A stretch of 63,794 nucleotides of DNA, filler included, from an uncultured Gemmatimonadota bacterium (GTDB taxonomy: Bacteria > GCA-2686955): NCBI GenBank assembly GCA_964490075.1. It is 8 parts of 8 records of this genome, joined end to end, with 100 filler letters (N's around TTAATTAATTAA, not from the genome) between each part and the next. Parts side by side here need not be neighbours in the genome. Positions count along the whole stretch, not along the records: positions 29,419 to 37,822 come from CAZBBK010000108.1; positions 37,923 to 45,128 come from CAZBBK010000112.1; 6 more parts are not named here. One strand, 5' to 3'. Each line of letters begins with the position of its first letter. The stretch's first letter is position 1. Below, in pieces: positions 30,363 to 40,860 of this stretch. A program made the position numbers and the translations under genes. The notes below the pieces were generated by a model. The model was not told the DNA's origin, made no database searches, and worked only from the letters and a program-made list of their open reading frames with translations.

Positions 30363-32675
30363 ATGCGTGCCGACTCGACTTCGTTGCTCTCCTTCGCCCT
30401 GTGGGTCCTGTTCGCGGGCGGACCGGCAGGCTCGGCTCCCTTCGACCCGGATCTGCGCCATCGCCCGCGTCTGATGCTCGTGGCCGATCAACTGCCACTG
30501 GTCCAGGAACGGAGCGCCCGGGCGCCCTACGACGCCTGGATGAGCAATCTGCGCAGCCGCTCCAACACCGCGCCGCTCCCCTACGATGACTACGATCCGA
30601 GCCGCGAGGTCAGCAACGGCAACATCGCCAAGGCGGCCGCCTTCACGGCGCTGGTCGACGCCGATCCGGACGCCGCGGCGCGCGCTCTCGACGTGTTGCT
30701 GCAGTGCGAGGACTCGGTCCCCAATCTCACCCTCCGCCCGCTGCTGATCGGCGAGGACATCCACCTCGCCGAGGGCCTGATGCTCTACGTGCAGGCCGCG
30801 GACCTGCTCTTCGGCAGCGCGCTGCTTCCGCCGGCAGATTCGAGTGCGGTGCACGAGCGCCTGGCCGCGCTGACGCGCTCCACTTATCGTCGCTACGTGA
30901 AGGACAACCCGCTGCAGTATCACCTGATCATGAACAACCACCGATCGAAGCTCGCGGCGGCGGTGGGAATGGCCGGGCTGGGACTGAACCAGGACGACGA
31001 TGCCAGTCTGTGGGTCGACTGGGGCATGACCGTGGTGGACGAGATCTTGCGACACCAATGTGTGGAGCAGGACGGCACCTACGGCGAGGGTCCCGACTAC
31101 CTGAGCTATTCGGCGGTCAACCATCTGCCCTTCGCTTACGCCTACCACCTGTTCCGCGACGGCGTGGGCGGCGTCTTCACCTATCGTCGCTACGGTATTT
31201 TCGGACAGATCGTCTTCCAGGAGGATCGCCAGATCGACAATCCCATGACCTCGGATCTGTACGCGGCGCTCGACGATTGGGGTGTGGCGGTGCGGCGCTT
31301 CGACGGTTGCCGTTCCCCCTTCGACGACGCCAATCCGGTCGGTTATTTCTCTTTCTTCGGGGCGCAAGTGCGCGACGATCCAATCCTGGCCTGGGACTGG
31401 TGGGATGCCGACACGCGACGTCTGGAGGATGTCGCCGACCTGAGGGCCGACGCGATCTGCGTGGCCGACGATCAGCAGACCCGCGCTCAGCCTTCGGCCG
31501 CGCCGACGATCTTCCTGCCCGAGGGCGGGCACGCGATTCTGCGCCAGGGCTGGGATCGCGACGATTTGCGTCTGCATCTGCTGGCGGAGCACGACGATGC
31601 GCGCACCGCCGGGGGGCTGCACGAGCACGCCGACGCCACCAGCTTCATGATCGAGGCGCACGGCGAGCCGCTGGCGCTCGACAGCGGCTACGGGCGCTGG
31701 GAGGATCGTCTACTGGTGAACGCGGCGGAGAATCACAACCTGATCCTGGTCGACGGAAAGGGGCCGCCGTCGCCGGAGTTGATCCCGCCGGTGGGGGTCG
31801 ATGCCGCTCAGGGCCTCGAGGTCGACACCGAGCGTCTGGATGCCGTCCAGGCAACGACGCATTATCGCAACGCGGACATCCGCAGAACGGTGGCGACGAT
31901 CGACGATTCCTGGGTCGCCCTTCTCGACCACGTGGTGCCGGAGCAGGGCAGCCACGATTTCGAGTGGCTGCTGCACGGCAACGCCGGCGGCAGCGCTGGC
32001 GGCGCGTTCGAGCTGAGCGGCGACGGGGCACGCTGGGAGCGCGCCGGAGGCTCGCTGGTCGCCCATCTGGCGAGCGGCGGCGGGACATTGCAGATCGACT
32101 CCGAGGAGATGCCGCACGGCTTGGCCTGGGGCTCGATGGAGTCGCACATGACGCTGCGCGCGACCGCCAGCGGCACGCAAGCGCTGTTCGCGACACTTTT
32201 GGAGCTGCCCGCGGCCGGCGCGGGCGAGGCGCTGGTGAGCGATCTGTCGCGCCCGGGGGCGGCGCTGCTCTTGTGTCTCTTCGAGGACGGCAGCCGTGCG
32301 CTGCTCTCCAGCCGCTCGGACTCCGCGCCGCTGACGCTGGGGCCCTTGCGCTACGACGGCCTGCTGGGGATCTTCGTCGAGGGGGAGCCGGGGAGCCCGG
32401 CGGCGCTGCTGGTCGGCTCCTGCAGCGAGGTGCGCTTTCGCGGGCAGCCGGTGCTGGCCGCGGAGGGCGCCGTCGACCTGGCCGCCTCATGGGCTGGGGA
32501 GCAGACACAGGTGCACGTCGAAGGGGGGCAGGGGCTGCGCATCGAGCTGGTGGTTGGCTGCGAGGTGGACTCGATCGAAGGGCCGGTCGGCCCGTGGTCG
32601 AATCTGCCGGGGGGGCGGGTCGCCTTCGAGCCCTCGGCGGCGGTCGCCGACCTGGTGTTCTACTGCGCGTCCTGA
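30363..32675 (+). CDS. Secreted heparinase II/III-like (alpha/alpha toroid + beta-sandwich) polysaccharide-lyase-fold protein
   Basis: Signal peptide; HRPRL, NNH, DGTYGEGPDYLSY, GHAILRQGW, HEHADATSF, LALDSGY and HNLILVDG. Confidence 0.8.
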   Translation: MRADSTSLLSFALWVLFAGGPAGSAPFDPDLRHRPRLMLVADQLPLVQERSARAPYDAWMSNLRSRSNTAPLPYDDYDPSREVSNGNIAKAAAFTALVDADPDAAARALDVLLQCEDSVPNLTLRPLLIGEDIHLAEGLMLYVQAADLLFGSALLPPADSSAVHERLAALTRSTYRRYVKDNPLQYHLIMNNHRSKLAAAVGMAGLGLNQDDDASLWVDWGMTVVDEILRHQCVEQDGTYGEGPDYLSYSAVNHLPFAYAYHLFRDGVGGVFTYRRYGIFGQIVFQEDRQIDNPMTSDLYAALDDWGVAVRRFDGCRSPFDDANPVGYFSFFGAQVRDDPILAWDWWDADTRRLEDVADLRADAICVADDQQTRAQPSAAPTIFLPEGGHAILRQGWDRDDLRLHLLAEHDDARTAGGLHEHADATSFMIEAHGEPLALDSGYGRWEDRLLVNAAENHNLILVDGKGPPSPELIPPVGVDAAQGLEVDTERLDAVQATTHYRNADIRRTVATIDDSWVALLDHVVPEQGSHDFEWLLHGNAGGSAGGAFELSGDGARWERAGGSLVAHLASGGGTLQIDSEEMPHGLAWGSMESHMTLRATASGTQALFATLLELPAAGAGEALVSDLSRPGAALLLCLFEDGSRALLSSRSDSAPLTLGPLRYDGLLGIFVEGEPGSPAALLVGSCSEVRFRGQPVLAAEGAVDLAASWAGEQTQVHVEGGQGLRIELVVGCEVDSIEGPVGPWSNLPGGRVAFEPSAAVADLVFYCAS

Positions 32676-33748
32676 TCGCGGTCGGCCCTCAGAGTGCCCT
32701 GCTCCACCACCGGCTGTCCGTCCACCTCCAGGCTGGCGTTGGGGGTTGAGGTGTCCAGGTTGAGGGACGAGGCGTTTTCGCCGCCCAGGTAGCGGTTCTC
32801 GCCCAGCGCCAGGAAGATCGTGCCGCGACGGTGCTCGTCGACGATCGGGCGCCCGACGGCGCGCGGCAGCTCCGGATTGAGCCCGACGCCGAGGTGGCCG
32901 ATGCGGCGCGGCTCGCCGTCGTGGCGATCCAGGAGCTCCGTGAGCCGATCGGCGCCGTTGCGCGCCTCGATCTCGCGCACCCGGCCCGCCTCGAAGCGCA
33001 GCACCACATCCTGGGCCGGTCCCACCGCGGGGAGCTCGAGGGCGCCGCTGGCGCTCGATTCGTCGACCGTGGTGTAGATCGACCCGCCCGGCAGGTTCGA
33101 GACGCAGGCGCCCAGCGCCAAGGTGCGCGGATCGAGCGTGCCGTCGTCGCCGAACCACGGGCGATTCCGGCAGCGCAGGCGCAGTTCGTGCGCTCCGCTG
33201 CGAATCGTCAGCATCCGCGCCCCGCGCAGCTCCTCGAGCAGTGGATCGATCTCGGCACGCAGCCGCTCGGGCGTGACCAGGAAGCCCGGGACGATCGCCG
33301 CCTCGAGCTCCTCGGAGCGTAGAGCGGCGGCGGCGGCGCCGTGCTCGGTCGGAAGTGCGGCGATCAGCAGCGGAACTCGGCGCTCCTCCTCCAGCGCGGT
33401 GATGCGCCGGGCCGCGTCCCGCCATGCCGCGACCGACGCTGGGGGCACCCCCTGCAGCGCCGGCGGCCCGCCATCGAGGGCGACGATGCGGTCGACCTGC
33501 TCGGCCCATCCGCGGCGCCGCTGGTCCCAGCTTCTCAGGTGCTCGATCGGAGCGCTGGAGAGCAGCTCGCGCAGATGGTCGGGCGGCAGCAGTTGCACCA
33601 GGGGAGTCGCCCCCGCCACCTCGATGCCGGCGCAGATCCGCTCCAGCAGACCGGGGACCGCTGAGCGGTCGACGACCTGCACCAGCTCGCCGGGGCGGAC
33701 GTTCAGTCCCAGCAGGATCCGCGCCGCGACCGCTTCTGTGCGTTGCAC
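32660..33748 (-). CDS. M29 (aminopeptidase T/AmpS-like) family protein with degenerate metal ligands
   Basis: VRPGELVQV, NLPGG, LRFEAGRV, GVGLNP, DE..GTIFLALGEN..LGGEN.S and VDGQPVVEQG; GTG start inferred. Confidence 0.75.
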   Translation of the reverse strand: MQRTEAVAARILLGLNVRPGELVQVVDRSAVPGLLERICAGIEVAGATPLVQLLPPDHLRELLSSAPIEHLRSWDQRRRGWAEQVDRIVALDGGPPALQGVPPASVAAWRDAARRITALEEERRVPLLIAALPTEHGAAAAALRSEELEAAIVPGFLVTPERLRAEIDPLLEELRGARMLTIRSGAHELRLRCRNRPWFGDDGTLDPRTLALGACVSNLPGGSIYTTVDESSASGALELPAVGPAQDVVLRFEAGRVREIEARNGADRLTELLDRHDGEPRRIGHLGVGLNPELPRAVGRPIVDEHRRGTIFLALGENRYLGGENASSLNLDTSTPNASLEVDGQPVVEQGTLRADRDQDAQ

Positions 33749-33874
33749 CAGGCGGCCCTCAGATCCGCGCCCGCCGCACGCGGGCGCTGGCCGGTCTCTC
33801 TTCGATGCCGAGCATCGCGATCCTCCTCCGAGATCTCGATCGGTCGAGCCTCCCCTGGTCATGATACACGCGCG

Positions 33875-35140
33875 TCAACCCCAGAGCCGCCTTCGCGCAA
33901 CCGTCCAGAGCGCCGCGGGGATCAGCAGAGAGGCCGCCAGCGCACCCGCCAGCAGCCGCAGATCGGCGCCGGCCGCCGCCACCTCGCCGTAGACCCAGGT
34001 GCTGGCCGCGAGCATCAAGGTGACCAGTCCCATCTCGGCGGCGAACACCCGGCCGCGAAACTCGTCCGGCACCATGCGCTGCAACAACACCGTCGAATCG
34101 ACCCAGACGATGCTGCCGCCGAAGTGCGCCACGACCACGCACAGGAAGGCCAGCGCGGGATGGTGGACCGCCGCGAAGAGGGCGTACCACAGGGCTCCCC
34201 ACGCGAAAGCGCCGCCGAGCAGCCGGCGCATCCGGGCGGAGAGCTCGGCGGTGAGTCGGCGCGACAGGACCGGTCCGATGCCGGTGCCCAGGGCGCGCGC
34301 CATATAGAGAGCGCTGATGCCGAGGTCGGGGCGTCCGCCGATCGGATAGATCCGCTCGCCGAAGAGGGTCAGCAGCAGGGAGATCCCGCCCGCCAACCCC
34401 CAGCCGCTCTTGAGCAGCATCAGGGCGGCGACCTGGGGACGCTCGGCGACATATCGCGCACCTTCGGCGAGGTCGCGGGCGCCGGTGAGGGTCGCCCAAT
34501 CGAGGCGTCGCCGGGGGCGGGCGCGCGCCGGAAAGGCGATGCCAAGGATCAGAGCCGCCGACACCAGATAGGTCGCGGCGTCGAGTGCCAGCGCGAAGCG
34601 CCAGCCGAAGAGATCGGTCGCGATTCCGCCGAGAGCGGCCCCTAGCGTGAACATCGTCGACCAGGCCACGGCGCTCAAGGCATTGGCCGCCGCCAGTGCC
34701 CGGGTCGAGACCAGGTTGGGGAGGGTTGCCAGCCGCGCCGGTTCCGCGAAAGCCGCGCTGCTCATCTGCAGGAAGGTGAGCGTGTAGACCCAGACGATCG
34801 CGTGCCGGCCCAGCAGCGGTGCCGCGAAGAGCCCCACCACCAGCAGGAAGCGCATGAGATCGGCGACGATGATGACCCGCTTGCGCGAGAAACGATCGGC
34901 CACCACTCCGGCCGCCGGGCCGGCCACGAAGGCCGGCACCAGCTTGATGATGAAGATCCCTCCGAGCACCCGCGGGTCCGAAGCGCTGAGCTCGCGCAGC
35001 AAGGCCAGGAGCCCCAGCAGATTGAACCAATCCCCCAGCAAGCTGGCGGAGCGCGCCAGGAAGAGACGGCGAAATCCCGCGTGCCGGCGCAGCACCTCGA
35101 GGTAGCCGATCCGCCGCGGGGAGGAGCCGTCGTCGGACAT
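33875..35140 (-). CDS. MFS transporter
   Basis: About 12 hydrophobic segments; motif A GVVADRFSRKRVI; VPDEFRGRVF. Confidence 0.9.
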   Translation of the reverse strand: MSDDGSSPRRIGYLEVLRRHAGFRRLFLARSASLLGDWFNLLGLLALLRELSASDPRVLGGIFIIKLVPAFVAGPAAGVVADRFSRKRVIIVADLMRFLLVVGLFAAPLLGRHAIVWVYTLTFLQMSSAAFAEPARLATLPNLVSTRALAAANALSAVAWSTMFTLGAALGGIATDLFGWRFALALDAATYLVSAALILGIAFPARARPRRRLDWATLTGARDLAEGARYVAERPQVAALMLLKSGWGLAGGISLLLTLFGERIYPIGGRPDLGISALYMARALGTGIGPVLSRRLTAELSARMRRLLGGAFAWGALWYALFAAVHHPALAFLCVVVAHFGGSIVWVDSTVLLQRMVPDEFRGRVFAAEMGLVTLMLAASTWVYGEVAAAGADLRLLAGALAASLLIPAALWTVARRRLWG

Positions 35141-35183
35141 CGGGCGAGTCTACCGGCAGGAGATTCCGGTCTTCAGGACGAAA

Positions 35184-35546
35184 CTACGAGCCCTGCGCCT
35201 CCGCGTCGCCGCGGCAGCGCCGCGTCTCGGCCGCGACGCCGCCCATCCGCCGCCATTCCTCGAAGGTGCGCGCGTGGATCGTGATGCCGTGCAGCGCTCC
35301 TCCCAGCTCCTGCGCCAGAACCCGGTGAACGGTCCGGTGCCGATCGATCAGCTCCATTCCCTCGAAGCCCGCGCTGACCACCACGATCTTGAACAGGCCC
35401 TCCGCGCCGATCGGCGCGGAATGCAAATGGGTCTCGTTGATCACCTCCAGGTGCGCCGGCGTGAAAGCCTCGCTCAGCTTGGTGGTGATCGCCTTCTGCA
35501 GCGGGCCCGCGGTCGCCGGGGCCCGCGGAGTGTCGTGGGAGAGCAT
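35184..35546 (-). CDS. bolA: BolA/IbaG family protein
   Basis: LEVINETHLHS, FKIVVVSAGFEG, RHRTV and LHGITIHART. Confidence 0.85.
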   Translation of the reverse strand: MLSHDTPRAPATAGPLQKAITTKLSEAFTPAHLEVINETHLHSAPIGAEGLFKIVVVSAGFEGMELIDRHRTVHRVLAQELGGALHGITIHARTFEEWRRMGGVAAETRRCRGDAEAQGS

Positions 35547-35679
35547 GCGTTGGTCTCGGTGGGATGGTTCGAAGCCGGCTTTGCGCGACGGGAAGATGCC
35601 GACCGCCTCGCGACCAGAATGGTAAATCGGACTAAATAAGTCAAGTTTGGGGCTGGGGTGGATTGTGGGCAGGGTCCCG

Positions 35680-35708
35680 TTGACAGAGCCGGCCGTTCCA
35701 GTGACGAT
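35680..35708 (+). promoter_or_regulatory. Possible sigma-70 promoter upstream of the tandem secreted paralogs
   Basis: TTGACA, 17 nt, GACGAT (weak -10). Confidence 0.3.
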
Positions 35709-35840
35709 CCCAAGATTGCTGCCTTTCCGTCACCAGACCTCCTCCCCGCGCGGCCCGGGTCCCCGGCCGGTGGGGCGGAGGCGAGAAACGCGGCGCCGCG
35801 AGATCTCAGCCTCGCCCCGCCGCAGAGGGAGGAAGTGCCG

Positions 35841-37049
35841 ATGCTCATTGCAAGAGCAAAGGTCGCCCTGCTGATTGCGTTGCCCGCGCCCGCGGCGTTC
35901 GCGGCCGGCAGCCTCGCACACGGACCGAACGCGGTGGTGCCCGATGGGGCGCCGCTCCCCGCGCCCTACGTCGCCCATGCCGACGCCGCCTGCGACAACC
36001 TCGGAACCTGCGGCGTGATCTGCCCGAGCGGGGGCAGCGTGTTCATCGGCGACTTCGCCTACGATCTGGCCAACGACCGCTTCGCGGTCATCGATGTGAC
36101 CTCACCCGATGGCATCTTCTGGATGGATGCGTCGACCTGCGTGGTCGAAAGCTACGGCGACTACGCTGGCATCTCGCAGCGCGCCTGCGGCTACGACAAC
36201 GTCAACAGCGTGATCTACACCGCGAGCTGGAACGACGAGACGATCTGGCGGCTGGACGACGATTTCAACGTCCTGGGCAGTCAGTTCTTCGGCGAGGGCT
36301 ACGCCGGTTTGGCGGTGGACGAAGACGGCACCCGTCTCTTCGCCGCGACCAACGCCAGCCCCGACATGCTCATCGAGTACAGCATCGAGCCGGACGGTTC
36401 GGTGACACCGACCGGGGAGAGCTGGGCGTTTCCCTGGGGCGGATTCAGCGACGATTTTTCAGCAGCCTCGCTCGAGTATGACGACTGCTCCGAGACCTTC
36501 ATGAGCATCAATCAAGACGCCAATACCATGGAGTACTTCCAGATTCAGGGTGGCGCCTTGGTCAATACCGGCTACTGTCCCCTGCCTCTGTCGTTCGGCT
36601 GGGGCTTCGGCCTCAACTTCGCATCGGTCGACTTGAAGGTGGCGGACATCGCCTCCTTCGCCTGCGACTTCCCGATCATCTCCGTTGAAGCCGACGAGGC
36701 GATCTGTGGCAGCGGTGAGATTCCCGATCTGACCATTCGCTACGATCCGATCATGTCGACCGCGGTGCAGGGATACGTGCTTCCCTACGGCGCCAAGATC
36801 AAGAACAACACCGACCAGACCCTCACCCGAACCGTCTGGGTCGAGCTCGACTTCCCCCATGCCAAGGTCGATCTCGGTTCGTACGATTTCGCGCCCGGAA
36901 CCAACCAGCTCTACGGCAACGCCGGACCGCTGCCGATGCCGGCCGGAACCTATGTCGGGCAGGCCCATCTGGCCGAGAGCTTCCAGGGCACCCCGGAGGC
37001 CTCGGACGACATCAGCTACGACGTGGTCAACCCGGGCATCGAGGAATAG
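35841..37049 (+). CDS. Secreted Cys-rich hypothetical protein (propeller-like repeats + C-terminal Ig-like domain), paralog 1
   Basis: GGAGG SD and signal peptide; blade-like FAYD/CGYD/LAVD/LEYD repeats; paralog immediately downstream. Confidence 0.7.
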   Translation: MLIARAKVALLIALPAPAAFAAGSLAHGPNAVVPDGAPLPAPYVAHADAACDNLGTCGVICPSGGSVFIGDFAYDLANDRFAVIDVTSPDGIFWMDASTCVVESYGDYAGISQRACGYDNVNSVIYTASWNDETIWRLDDDFNVLGSQFFGEGYAGLAVDEDGTRLFAATNASPDMLIEYSIEPDGSVTPTGESWAFPWGGFSDDFSAASLEYDDCSETFMSINQDANTMEYFQIQGGALVNTGYCPLPLSFGWGFGLNFASVDLKVADIASFACDFPIISVEADEAICGSGEIPDLTIRYDPIMSTAVQGYVLPYGAKIKNNTDQTLTRTVWVELDFPHAKVDLGSYDFAPGTNQLYGNAGPLPMPAGTYVGQAHLAESFQGTPEASDDISYDVVNPGIEE

Positions 37050-37062
37050 GGAGGAGCGAGAG

Positions 37063-37822
37063 ATGAAGACGATTCAAAAACTCGTGTCCCGTTCCGCGGG
37101 ACTTTGCGCGGCGCTGCTGATCGTGCCGGCGGCGCCGGCCCTGGCGGCCTCGGCCCATGGAATCGGTCCTGACGCGGTGGTGCCAGATGGAGCTCCGCTC
37201 CCGGCGTCGCTGGCCGGGATCGACGCCGCCTGCGACGACCTCGGCCTGTGCGGCTACATCTGCCCGAGCGCGGCCTCGGTGTTCATCGGCGACTTCGCCT
37301 ACGACCAGGCCAACAACCGCTTCGCGGTGATCGACGTGGTCTCGCCCGACGGCATCTTCTGGATGGACGGCGAGTCGTGCGTCGTGGGCGAGTACGGTTC
37401 CTTCGCCGGGATCTCCCAGCGCGGCTGCGCCTACGACAACGTCTCCGGCATCGTCTATGCGGGAGGCTGGAACGACGACACCATCTACCGCCTCGACGCC
37501 GACTTCCAGCTCCTGGGATCGCAGTATTTCGGCGAGGACTACGCCGGAATGACGGTCGACGAAGACAACAATCTGCTCTATGCGTCGACCAACTCCGATC
37601 CCGATGAGCTGATCGCCTACACCATCAACGGAGACGGCTCGGTGACGGCGACCGGCGATCGTTGGCCGATTCCCTGGGGTGGCTTGAGCGACGGCTACTC
37701 CAACGCTTCGTTGGAGTACGACGAGTGCTCCCAGACCTTCATGGCGATCAACCAAGATGCCAACACGATGGAGTACTTCCAGCTCGACGGCGGCGTCCTG
37801 GTCAACACCGGTTACTGCCCCT
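37063..37822 (+). CDS. Secreted Cys-rich hypothetical protein, paralog 2 (3' partial)
   Basis: GGAGGAG SD and signal peptide; long near-identical blocks with paralog 1 (SVFIGDFAYD, SPDGIFWMD, INQDANTMEYFQ, LVNTGYCP). Confidence 0.75.
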
Positions 37823-37922
37823 NNNNNNNNNNNNNNNNNNNNNNNNNNNNNNNNNNNNNNNNNNNNTTAATTAATTAANNNNNNNNNNNNNNNNNNNNNN
37901 NNNNNNNNNNNNNNNNNNNNNN
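37823..37922. other. Artificial contig spacer
   Basis: N run + TTAATTAATTAA + N run. Confidence 0.99.
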
Positions 37923-38047
37923 CTTACGGCGAACAGGCGGCTCGACATGTGGAGCCCTGGGATCAGGAGGTCTGAAGCTACTTCTGCGCGGACCCTGAGT
38001 CGAGTATCTCAGCCGACATTTAGGAACCCTCACACACAGCGAGACTG

Positions 38048-39298
38048 TCATGCGGGCGTCCCCCCCGCAGAATCCGGGGGCTTTGGTGTCTCGGATGTGC
38101 TGGCGCGGACCGCAGGCCCGCTGGCTTCTTGTGAGCGGTCGTCTCTTCCGACCAGCACGCCGCTACGGTAGTTCCAACTCCGCCGCACCAGCTCGTCCAT
38201 TTCGGCGGGCGCGAGATCGGCCGTACGCCTCACCCATTCGAGCTCATCTCGCAGGGTCGTGTCGAGGATCTCCGGATCGTCGGAACCGATGACGAAGGAC
38301 AGATCAGCTTCGAGAAAGCGGTGGATTGGATGATGCGCGTCGTCGCCGAGCCCGGCTATGCGACAATTGGAGGTCGGGCAGACCTCGATCACCGCGCCCG
38401 ATCGTCGCACACACTCCATCGCATAATTCTGTCGCTTCCGGAGCTGATCCAGGCGCGGCCCGTCGTAGGCAGTGTCGAACCTGTGGCCGACCGGGAATGT
38501 CTCGACTAGCGCCAAATCTGTCGCGGCCGCTCGGCGATCGACGATCACCCCGTGGCGCGCCAGGCCCTCGGCATGGCGCAAGTCGTAGCGCAGCTGGTCG
38601 GCGCGCTCGCCAGCGGGCTCGGAGCGGGTATGCGGCCCCAGATGCTTGGGATCGATGCCCAGGGCCAGAGCGTGCCCGAGGCGCTGGGCTCCCAGTTCCG
38701 CGGCCTCGTGGACCCAGCGGATGGCACTCTCGATCGACTTGTCCTCGAAGCTCTCGCCGACGTAATAGAGAATCGCCAGAGCACGCTCCGGGTCGGCCTC
38801 GTTGTGTGCGTGCACCGCTTCGAAGAAGGCCGCCTTGCGCTTCGGCGGATACCCCTCTTCCACCGCGCAGAAGTCGACCGCGCTCAGTCGCTCCCCGCTC
38901 GGTCCCCGGCACAGTTCCCGAACCAGCTCCCACATCGGCCATGGATCCTCGCGCGGCAGGCTGATGGCGATCCGGGTGTCAATACCGAGCTGGTCCGCGC
39001 CGCGCGCCGCCCGGGTTAGCATTCTCGCCAGCAGCCGCCGGGTCCGCTCGGAACCTGCGCCCGCCGGAGGCATCATCCGCACTTCGAGGTGTCCGACCCC
39101 GCCTTCAGCCTGGTCGCGCAGCACCGCGCTCATGAAGGCATCGAGCTCCGACTCGAGCGCCCGATGCGAACCACGCCCGCGCTTCATCCGGCTCAGCTCG
39201 CCGGCCGCGATCAGCAGGTTGAACTTGGCCTGGAAGCGCTCGAAGCTGCCGGCGTCGCCATCGCCGAACACGAACAGCTCGCGCAGCGGATAGGCCAT
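38048..39298 (-). pseudogene. Adenosine-deaminase-like metallohydrolase, N-terminally truncated
   Basis: HLEVR, RLGHA, IEVCPTSN and GSDDP are present; no N-terminal HxH; YYVGES where HxGE is expected. Confidence 0.65.
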
Positions 39299-39490
39299 TC
39301 AAACCGGGTTTTCGTCGCAAGCCAGGAACGAGCGCAGCTCGTCCTTGACGAACCCGGGAAGCTCCCGATCACCGGTCTCGGTTCTCTCGATGAAGGTCTC
39401 CAGGTGGGCTTTAAGAACCCGGTAGAGAACCGTGGTCTCGGGGCGCCGGGGACTGTAGAGCGGTTCGCATGGGGGCGCGAGGGACGACAT
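39299..39490 (-). mobile_element. N-terminal fragment of an IS91-family-like (Zn_Tnp_IS91) transposase
   Basis: YSPRRPETTVLYRVLKAHLETF...LPGFVKDELRSFLAC, stopping just at the first Zn-binding Cys. Confidence 0.65.
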
Positions 39491-39826
39491 GGCGATCGTG
39501 CGTGCGCACGACTCGTGCTCGCCGGCGACCTGTTGGGAGTGAGCGGCGTCCAGAAGGTCCGACGAGGGTGTGCAGCCGTCTCTTGGCGAGTTGGCCGGGG
39601 CGCCCCACCCGTGCCTGCGCCGGAGAATCGGGGCCGCGGGGAGGATCGGCGATCGACCCGTGGTGGGTCAGCTCATGCCGCTCCGCGGCCAGGGACCACC
39701 TGGCCGAGGTCGGATTAGGCGCTCAAGCTTGACGAGCGGCTCGTCCGCCCTCTCATGATGCCCCCGCCGGCGCCCCCGACGCCTCGCGACCGCCCGCTCC
39801 CACCAACCTCCGCCCGACCGCACCGG

Positions 39827-40228
39827 CACCACGATCTCCGGGTCGTGGATCCGCGCCAGCGTCAGGTTGGGCCGGCGCTGCATGCCGCCGGACAGGGTGC
39901 GGGCCTGCCGGTCCCGGCGGTCGGCCAGGCCCAGCTCCTCCAGCAGCGACTCACCTCGCTGCCGGGCGGCCCGGGTGTCGATCCCGTACATCCGACCCAG
40001 GAAGCACAGCTGCTCCAAGCAGGTCAGTCGTGGCCAGAGCACGATCTCAGGGGGGCAGAGCCCCACCCGGGCGCGCTACGTGGTCGACGTCGGCGGTGCG
40101 GGCTCGCCCCGGCACGTCACCCGTCCCCCGTCCGCGGCCAGCAGCCCGCAGATCAGCTGGATCGTGGTGGTCTTGCCCGCGCCGTTGGGGCCCAGCAACC
40201 CGAAGACCTCGCCCTCGCGCACCGCGAA
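39827..40228 (-). pseudogene. ABC transporter ATP-binding subunit fragment
   Basis: [16 protein letters not shown], in-frame TAG at 40076-40078, LSGGMQRR; ends before Walker B. Confidence 0.8.
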
Positions 40229-40230
40229 CG

Positions 40231-40521
40231 GCCTACCAGCGGGCCCTCTCTCAGGCGGCGGTTCGCGAAGCCGTGCGGCCGCGGGTCGACTTCGAGTCGG
40301 TGCGGATCGAGGACCAGGCGCGGTTGATCCGCGAACGTCTGACGGCGGCGCCGCGGCTCAGGCTCTTCGAGCTGATCAGCCGCGCCGGCGGCCGCATGGA
40401 GCTGATCGTCACCTTCATGGCGACTCTCGAGCTGGTGCGTCTGGGCGAGATCGGCGCCCGCCAGCCGAACGCCTTCGATGATGTCTATCTCTACCGCAAA
40501 GGGCCGAATCGTGAGCGATGA
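40231..40521 (+). pseudogene. scpA: ScpA C-terminal fragment
   Basis: ELIVTFMATLELVRLGEI..RQPNAFDDVYL; immediately upstream of scpB. Confidence 0.8.
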
Positions 40522-40838
40522 GAGGGTGCCCGGCTTCGTGCCGGTGGTCGAGGCGCTGGTGTTCGCCGCGGACGAGCCGCTGCCGACCCGGCGCCTGGTC
40601 GAGCTGTTGCCGGAGCTGGCACCCGAAGAGCTCTCGGAGATGCTGCGGCTGCTCGACGAGCAGCTCGAGTCGAGCGGGCGCTGCATCCGCCTGGAAGAGG
40701 TGGCGGGCGGCTGGCGATTCACCACCCGGGCCGAGCATGGCCCCTTCCTCGACCGGCTGTTCCGCGGCAAGAGGGGGCAGCGTCTGACCCAGGCCGCCCT
40801 CGAGACCCTGGCCGTGGTGCTCTACCGGCAGCCGACCA
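40511..40838 (+). pseudogene. scpB: ScpB N-terminal fragment
   Basis: VEALVFAADEPL...EVAGGWRFTT...RLTQAALETLAVVLYRQP, then homology stops. Confidence 0.85.
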
Positions 40839-40860
40839 GAATTCTGCCGGAAACGGCGTC

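Noticed and set aside
40076-40078. In-frame TAG in the ABC ATPase as pyrrolysine or recoding
   Set aside because: The gene is truncated at both ends and otherwise degraded, and TAG is a normal stop elsewhere (secY, map, rpsD).
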